DNA from: Phaeosaccion multiseriatum
Lineage: Eukaryota > Protista > Ochrophyta, other classes
Assembly: GCA_965112735.1 (NCBI GenBank)
Contig: OZ218950.1
Span: forward strand, 7,340,488-7,404,487
Direction of reading: 5' to 3'
Length of the DNA stretch: 64,000 bases
Positions within the stretch are counted from its first letter, which is position 1. The number at the start of each line of letters is the position of its first letter. The notes below the pieces were generated by a model, which was not told where the DNA came from, made no database searches, and saw nothing but the letters and a program-made list of their open reading frames with translations. Of this stretch, positions 56,986 through 64,000 are shown piece after piece. A program made the translations under genes and the position numbers.

Positions 56986-58684
56986 AGCCCCGACAAGCAA
57001 GTGCGCTTCCAGGACCAGGCCGAGCTGTGGACCGAGGACCAGACCTTCAATCATTGGTGGTACCTGTGCGGTGTCATATCGGGGTAAGTGTTCTGTAGAG
57101 TGCGTGTACTGACCTTACTGTACGTGTTAGTGTCTGTAAGTGTACTGTAGAGTGTAGTGACATTAGGGTTAGGTGTCATGTCGGGGTAAGTGTACTGACC
57201 TTCCGGTGTGGAAAGTGGGCGCCTCTTTGCGATGTCTACCGCTCTTGCTGGCGTGCGTGGTTGGCTGCTGCAGAGACATAGACCGAGTCATCGCCCGTAT
57301 AGACCAATAAGGGCTAATTGGTTTATACGATCTATGACTCCTTACATATCGCTACACTGCCTGCCTGGTCCATCTACCTGTCGATCTATCTCTCTGTCTC
57401 TGCCTCTCTGCCTCAAGGTTGCGCGGTCTTCTTACCATCTCTCCTCCCTGTGGGGCCGGTACCTCCCTCTATTATGAGGAGGAAGGCACCCCCAAGCTGA
57501 GCGCTCCGTTCCGGGCCCAAGAGGGAAGAGATAAGAGTCCAATGCGGACACCAAGTGTATTAATGACTAGGTCTATCCCACCCTAAGACCCTGGACAGCT
57601 CCCTTGTTTAAGGAAGCAATCCAATTGGTCTTTACGGGTTCAGGAGTGCGGAGGGGCCAACCAGGCCCCAAAAGGCCGCGTCCCCACATCATTGACTTAC
57701 TGTCCTGCCTACCTAATAATACGTAATTGAGCCTAACCCAGCTCCACCACAGATCCCCCCTTGCCGAGACACTCTGTGTGGAGGCAACCAGTCATAGGCT
57801 CAATACGTAACACCGACATACTAAATATATGAAAGCAAACAAGTCCTACACACGCAGTCGTTTATATGAAAAGAATACATGTCCAGCCAACCCAAGGCCG
57901 TTTATATGAAAGATAAATATAGCAACCCCAATACCCAAAGAGAACAACCAACACCCCTAGCACGCGCTTGCAGCTACAGTCGTAGAAACCTACTCACCAG
58001 AAGATCCTACTAGTCACCGACACTCATCCTCGTGTGCAGATAAACGCCGCCATGCTAGAGAGGCACCAGCTCACTCGATTCCCGCTCCCGTCACGAGTAA
58101 GCTAAGTCCACAGTTGTTCACCATCGTACACAGGGTCACAACCCACTACATCAGCTGAGTCCAGAGGCCGAATGGAGATAAGACGCTGATTGATAAACCA
58201 CTTCTGCTCCTCCGTATAACGCCTCCGTCGGGATGGGTAACCACGAACCACCCGCCCCAAATGCTGAAGAGCTTCACGCCCTGTGAGACCATCCTGAAAG
58301 TCGAGCGGGACAAACTCTAGAGAACGATCAGGCTGAACATGCACCACCAAACAAGGCCACGCCCGAGTAGCCCAATCATCCCCCCATACCGAGCCTCGCA
58401 CCAACACCACTACCCCTCGCTGAAACTGTCGTTCGCGTGTCAGTTGTGAAACCGGAGGCAGCGTATGTGGAAGAGGTGTACCTTGACCATCAACAGCTGA
58501 CTCCTCCTGCTCCTGCTGTGGAGCACCACCACGTATTTGCCTCCCAATCCCTTGCTCCGCACGTCGCTGTGCAGCCTATCTCCGAACGCCTGGAGTCCTT
58601 GGAACAGGGCAAGCAAGTACCGCCAGGCCAGCGATACCAACCACCACACATTGAGCTCATACGTATACCTGTGTAGGGCCATCC

Positions 58685-59516
58685 TGTTGAAACGCCGTAG
58701 TTCAAAGTTGGCTTGGTTCCTTCAACACATCCCCTCGCTTTGTGCGCGGAAGATAAGGAGTGTAGAAAACGATCCTAGGCGACGATGAAGTCACGAAGGT
58801 ATTGAAAGCGTGCGATTGGCACGGCCTTGGAAAAGATGTCGGCGATCAGCTCGTGGGTAGAGGTGTACTCCACAGAGACGTTGCCGCGGGCGACGGTCCT
58901 GAACGAAGTGTCCCTTGACTGCGGTGTGCTTGAGCTTCTTGCGCAGGTTGCCTTCATTGGCAGGAGCGTTGCAGCCGATGTTGTTCCATATATGGTGGTC
59001 CGTTGATGGACTGAGTCGCAGAAGACGGTGAGGTCGCGCTCGATCGGAGAGGACTCGATGGAGCGGGATGGACGTCCGAAGTGGATGCCCAGTGAAGGCA
59101 CTCCTCGCAAGTAGCGAAGGAGGCGCTTGGCGGCCTTGTGCTGCTCCTCAGTAGGAGTGTGCACGTCGCGGAAAGTCAGAGGAGGAGTCATCTCGGTCCT
59201 CTGCGTTGCGCCACTGGCTGTGTCCATTTGAACTGAGCTAGGCATACGCTCGAGCTCCATGGCTTTGGCTCCATGTTGGTGCCTCTGTGGCGAAAGTTGC
59301 TGGGCCTGCTGGGGAGGCTGCTGCCTCGGCTGTTCTTGCGGAGGCTGATGTGGCTGCTGTAGAGCTGGCGTAGGCACTGGTGAACCGTCGGTCATGTTGT
59401 ACTTGACCAGGAGGGCTCCAATGTAGCCTGCTAGGTTCTGATGCTGCGGCTGAAGATGATGCTGCTGCTGCGGCTGTCGCTGTTGCGTTGGAGACCGCAA
59501 ATTGAAACGCAAATGC
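58685..59516 (-). mobile_element. Internally deleted, scrambled Ty1/copia remnant (RT/RNase H fragments, PPT and short LTR-like end)
   Basis: GYIGALLVKYNMTDGSPVPTPA, HKAAKRLLRYLRG..LGIHF, LTVFCDS, VEYTSTHELIADIFSKAV; then purine tract GCGAGGGGATG and TGTTGAA...TTCAACA (58727-58685). Confidence 0.8.
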
Positions 59517-59702
59517 TGTTGCGATATCTCCTCTACGATGACAGGGACAAGCTAGAGTAGTGTCAACTCGTGTATTAATAATACCTACTGAGAGATGCAT
59601 TCAAGGAAGTGATGGCCGTGGCCATACATGAATATCGATATCCACATCGATATTGTACGTCGATATAGTGCTCAGTCACAAATGGCGATACTTATCACAA
59701 CA
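59517..59702 (-). repeat. 3' LTR (186 bp) of the terminal copia element
   Basis: On the minus strand it starts TGTTGTGATA and ends TATCGCAACA (inverted termini), directly after PPT AGGAGGG (59703-59709). Confidence 0.85.
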
Positions 59703-60916
59703 CCCTCCTATGACTGAATCACTATCTCTCTTGATAGCTGACACTCTACCACAAACACAATGAGGAAACACCTGACTTGTCCTAAAACCCCCCCGAGACA
59801 AAGTCCTGAAAACCTCATACTAAAACTACTGAACTAAAACTAGTCCCCCCCTTTCCTGTCTCCCTTCTTGAGCATCTGCCCCGCCAGACCGCTGTGTACC
59901 TGAGGTGCCAATGCCTTGGTCATGATGTCCCCAAGCTGGTCCTTTGTGCTGATGTACTGAAACCGAACGTGTCCCTTGTCCACGTGGTACTGCAGGAAAT
60001 GATAACGAATGTCGATGTGACGTACGCGCTTGGTGCCCGCGTTGCCATTTGCCATCTGAATGCACCCTTGATTGTCCTCGTGCACAATCGACTCCGTCAT
60101 GTTGGCTCCTGGAAACAGAAACTCCAGAATCCCTCTGTGAAACAGCAACTCCTTCACTGCTTCCGCTGCGGCCATGTACTCACTCTCCATAGAGCACTGT
60201 GCTATGACCTTAAATAGTGTTGCCTTGTGAGCAATCACTCCCCCGCCGAATGTCACGACGTATCCCCCTGAGCTCCTGCGCCTGTCGACGTCATCTGCCC
60301 AGCTCGAGTCTGCGTATGCCTCCAGATGAAGCCCCGCCTCTCGATCAAACTCAATTCCCAAGTCTAAACTACCTCTAAAGTACCCGAAAATGCGCTGCAA
60401 TGCTGCCCAGTGTCGAGGCCCCGGCCTCTTCATAAAACGAGCACACTGCATGATGGCGAAGGATACATCAAGCCTCACCCAGTTGGCAACCCATAGGATT
60501 GACCCTACCGCTGAGCAGTATGGTTTGTCCTGCATGAATTCCTCCTCCTCTGTGGTGCTTGGCTCCATACCCACTGACAAATGTACCCCCTGCTCTGCTG
60601 GTGAGCCGTACACAGGTACCTCCGTCATGTCGAACTTCTCAAGCATCGCTCTAAGATACCCTCCTAGCGAAAGCCTGAGCTGTCCCGCCTCGAATGCGTA
60701 GTCAACTTCAACTCCCAGAAATTTCCCCACATTCGACCCCAAACGCTTCAACTTGAAACGCTCGTCAATCTCCTTGAAAGTGCAGTCAATGAGATTTCCC
60801 TCCCCTGACCCTCCTAGGTCGTCTACATATAGAATGATGAGCCCTATTAGCTCCCCCTCCTCGAACCTGGCGAACAGACACGGATCCACTGGGCACTTTA
60901 CCCACCCCATTGCGAG
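59517..60916 (-). mobile_element. Ty1/copia LTR retrotransposon, 5'-truncated within RT (pol ORF 59840-60910, RT C-terminal part plus RNase H)
   Basis: DPCLF..LYVDD, YCSAVGSILW, AYADSSWADDVDRRRSSGGY, SMESEY, EDNQGCI, HIDIRYHF, DQLGDIMTKAL; uninterrupted frame. Confidence 0.96.
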
Positions 60917-61010
60917 TAGGGTTAGGGTTAGGGTTAGGGTTAGGGTTAGGGTTAGGGTTAGGGTTAGGGTTAGGGTTAGGGTTAGGGTTAGGGTTAGGGT
61001 TAGGGTTAGG
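60917..61010 (+). repeat. Telomeric repeat (TTAGGG)n, 14 full units plus partial units, G-strand pointing to the window end
   Basis: Directly visible; abuts the truncated copia RT. Confidence 0.95.
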
Positions 61011-64000
61011 CCAGGGCCAGGGTTAGGCCAGGCCAGGCCAGGCCAGGCCAGGCCAGGACCAGGCCAGGCCAGGCCAGGGCCAGGCCAGGCCAGGCCAGGC
61101 CAGGGCCAGGGCCAGGGCCAGGCCAGGCCAGGCCAGGCCAGGCCAGGCCAGGCCAGGCCAGGCCAGGCCAGGCCAGGCCAGGCCAGGCCAGGCCAGGCCA
61201 GGCCAGGCCAGGCCAGGCCAGGCCAGGCCAGGCCAGGCCAGGCCAGGCCAGGCCAGGCCAGGCCAGGCCAGGCCAGGCCAGGCCAGGCCAGGCCAGGCCA
61301 GGCCAGGCCAGGCCAGGCCAGGCCAGGCCAGGCCAGGCCAGGCCAGGCCAGGCCAGGCCAGGCCAGGCCAGGCCAGGCCAGGCCAGGCCAGGCCAGGCCA
61401 GGCCAGGCCAGGCCAGGCCAGGCCAGGCCAGGCCAGGCCAGGCCAGGCCAGGCCAGGCCAGGCCAGGCCAGGCCAGGCCAGGCCAGGCCAGGCCAGGCCA
61501 GGCCAGGCCAGGCCAGGCCAGGCCAGGCCAGGCCAGGCCAGGCCAGGCCAGGCCAGGCCAGGCCAGGCCAGGCCAGGCCAGGCCAGGCCAGGCCAGGCCA
61601 GGCCAGGCCAGGCCAGGCCAGGCCAGGCCAGGCCAGGCCAGGCCAGGCCAGGCCAGGCCAGGCCAGGCCAGGCCAGGCCAGGCCAGGCCAGGCCAGGCCA
61701 GGCCAGGCCAGGCCAGGCCAGGCCAGGCCAGGCCAGGCCAGGCCAGGCCAGGCCAGGCCAGGCCAGGCCAGGCCAGGCCAGGCCAGGCCAGGCCAGGCCA
61801 GGCCAGGCCAGGCCAGGCCAGGCCAGGCCAGGCCAGGCCAGGCCAGGCCAGGCCAGGCCAGGCCAGGCCAGGCCAGGCCAGGCCAGGCCAGGCCAGGCCA
61901 GGCCAGGCCAGGCCAGGCCAGGCCAGGCCAGGCCAGGCCAGGCCAGGCCAGGCCAGGCCAGGCCAGGCCAGGCCAGGCCAGGCCAGGCCAGGCCAGGCCA
62001 GGCCAGGCCAGGCCAGGCCAGGCCAGGCCAGGCCAGGCCAGGCCAGGCCAGGCCAGGCCAGGCCAGGCCAGGCCAGGCCAGGCCAGGCCAGGCCAGGCCA
62101 GGCCAGGCCAGGCCAGGCCAGGCCAGGCCAGGCCAGGCCAGGCCAGGCCAGGCCAGGCCAGGCCAGGCCAGGCCAGGCCAGGCCAGGCCAGGCCAGGCCA
62201 GGCCAGGCCAGGCCAGGCCAGGCCAGGCCAGGCCAGGCCAGGCCAGGCCAGGCCAGGCCAGGCCAGGCCAGGCCAGGCCAGGCCAGGCCAGGCCAGGCCA
62301 GGCCAGGCCAGGCCAGGCCAGGCCAGGCCAGGCCAGGCCAGGCCAGGCCAGGCCAGGCCAGGCCAGGCCAGGCCAGGCCAGGCCAGGCCAGGCCAGGCCA
62401 GGCCAGGCCAGGCCAGGCCAGGCCAGGCCAGGCCAGGCCAGGCCAGGCCAGGCCAGGCCAGGCCAGGCCAGGCCAGGCCAGGCCAGGCCAGGCCAGGCCA
62501 GGCCAGGCCAGGCCAGGCCAGGCCAGGCCAGGCCAGGCCAGGCCAGGCCAGGCCAGGCCAGGCCAGGCCAGGCCAGGCCAGGCCAGGCCAGGCCAGGCCA
62601 GGCCAGGCCAGGCCAGGCCAGGCCAGGCCAGGCCAGGCCAGGCCAGGCCAGGCCAGGCCAGGCCAGGCCAGGCCAGGCCAGGCCAGGCCAGGCCAGGCCA
62701 GGCCAGGCCAGGCCAGGCCAGGCCAGGCCAGGCCAGGCCAGGCCAGGCCAGGCCAGGCCAGGCCAGGCCAGGCCAGGCCAGGCCAGGCCAGGCCAGGCCA
62801 GGCCAGGCCAGGCCAGGCCAGGCCAGGCCAGGCCAGGCCAGGCCAGGCCAGGCCAGGCCAGGCCAGGCCAGGCCAGGCCAGGCCAGGCCAGGCCAGGCCA
62901 GGCCAGGCCAGGCCAGGCCAGGCCAGGCCAGGCCAGGCCAGGCCAGGCCAGGCCAGGCCAGGCCAGGCCAGGCCAGGCCAGGCCAGGCCAGGCCAGGCCA
63001 GGCCAGGCCAGGCCAGGCCAGGCCAGGCCAGGCCAGGCCAGGCCAGGCCAGGCCAGGCCAGGCCAGGCCAGGCCAGGCCAGGCCAGGCCAGGCCAGGCCA
63101 GGCCAGGCCAGGCCAGGCCAGGCCAGGCCAGGCCAGGCCAGGCCAGGCCAGGCCAGGCCAGGCCAGGCCAGGCCAGGCCAGGCCAGGCCAGGCCAGGCCA
63201 GGCCAGGCCAGGCCAGGCCAGGCCAGGCCAGGCCAGGCCAGGCCAGGCCAGGCCAGGCCAGGCCAGGCCAGGCCAGGCCAGGCCAGGCCAGGCCAGGCCA
63301 GGCCAGGCCAGGCCAGGCCAGGCCAGGCCAGGCCAGGCCAGGCCAGGCCAGGCCAGGCCAGGCCAGGCCAGGCCAGGCCAGGCCAGGCCAGGCCAGGCCA
63401 GGCCAGGCCAGGCCAGGCCAGGCCAGGCCAGGCCAGGCCAGGCCAGGCCAGGCCAGGCCAGGCCAGGCCAGGCCAGGCCAGGCCAGGCCAGGCCAGGCCA
63501 GGCCAGGCCAGGCCAGGCCAGGCCAGGCCAGGCCAGGCCAGGCCAGGCCAGGCCAGGCCAGGCCAGGCCAGGCCAGGCCAGGCCAGGCCAGGCCAGGCCA
63601 GGCCAGGCCAGGCCAGGCCAGGCCAGGCCAGGCCAGGCCAGGCCAGGCCAGGCCAGGCCAGGCCAGGCCAGGCCAGGCCAGGCCAGGCCAGGCCAGGCCA
63701 GGCCAGGCCAGGCCAGGCCAGGCCAGGCCAGGCCAGGCCAGGCCAGGCCAGGCCAGGCCAGGCCAGGCCAGGCCAGGCCAGGCCAGGCCAGGCCAGGCCA
63801 GGCCAGGCCAGGCCAGGCCAGGCCAGGCCAGGCCAGGCCAGGCCAGGCCAGGCCAGGCCAGGCCAGGCCAGGCCAGGCCAGGCCAGGCCAGGCCAGGCCA
63901 GGCCAGGCCAGGCCAGGCCAGGCCAGGCCAGGCCAGGCCAGGCCAGGCCAGGCCAGGGCCAGGCCAGGCCAGGCCAGGCCAGGCCAGGCCAGGCCAGGCC
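61011..64000 (+). repeat. (GGCCA)n / CCAGGG tract, probably miscalled telomere from long-read basecalling
   Basis: Transition TTAGG-CCAGGG-CCAGGG-TTAGG-(CCAGG)n; CCAGGG is the reverse complement of CCCTGG, a known nanopore miscall of CCCTAA. Confidence 0.75.

Larger units (their letters stand above)
54211..57084 (+). pseudogene. TPR-like protein with C-terminal J-domain-like region, multi-exon; first coding exon interrupted by a foldback insertion (probably disrupted); last exon not located
   Basis: VRQQGNEAY...RLEKALGRYKEA, KNQAVA, YKHAILLTRGLDVENEAIAVSRLA, LYAKHRPKNP...HYSPDK...WYLC; reading into the insertion meets TAA at 54373-54375. Confidence 0.6.

Noticed and set aside
61011-64000. 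(GGCCA)n as a new telomere motif or satellite
   Set aside because: Pattern and intermediates fit known nanopore telomere miscalls; kept only as a low-interest check

Overview
GC-rich, intron-rich eukaryotic DNA running to a chromosome end. The host is probably a photosynthetic stramenopile, inferred from TTAGGG telomeres, WRKY19-like CxxxxC-x10-C-xx-H finger arrays, PPR genes and microsatellite-filled GT-AG introns. About 14 protein genes are present, mostly in head-to-head pairs: a DUF179-like 3' end, an OTUD6B-like deubiquitinase, a sulfotransferase, a PPR-SMR protein, AP-2 alpha adaptin, a bacterial-type alpha-2-macroglobulin/thioester protein (GCFEQ), a PPR protein, ATP23, two tandem zinc-finger-array genes, an unknown polytopic membrane protein, two tandem TRIC/UPF0126 genes, an ArfGAP-PDZ-Tudor-like protein, and a TPR/J-like gene interrupted by a 274-bp foldback element. 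The end of the window holds two same-orientation, 5'-truncated Ty1/copia remnants. The outer one is cut inside its RT and capped directly by (TTAGGG)n, followed by about 3 kb of (GGCCA)n that is most likely a nanopore miscall of the telomere. Highlights: the intron-bearing thioester protein, finger arrays with a hypervariable tetrapeptide, the foldback element, the telomere-capped copia, intron differences between the TRIC paralogs, and tandem repeats built from splice signals. All family calls come from motif recognition by eye; no database search was run, and exon models were hand-built.
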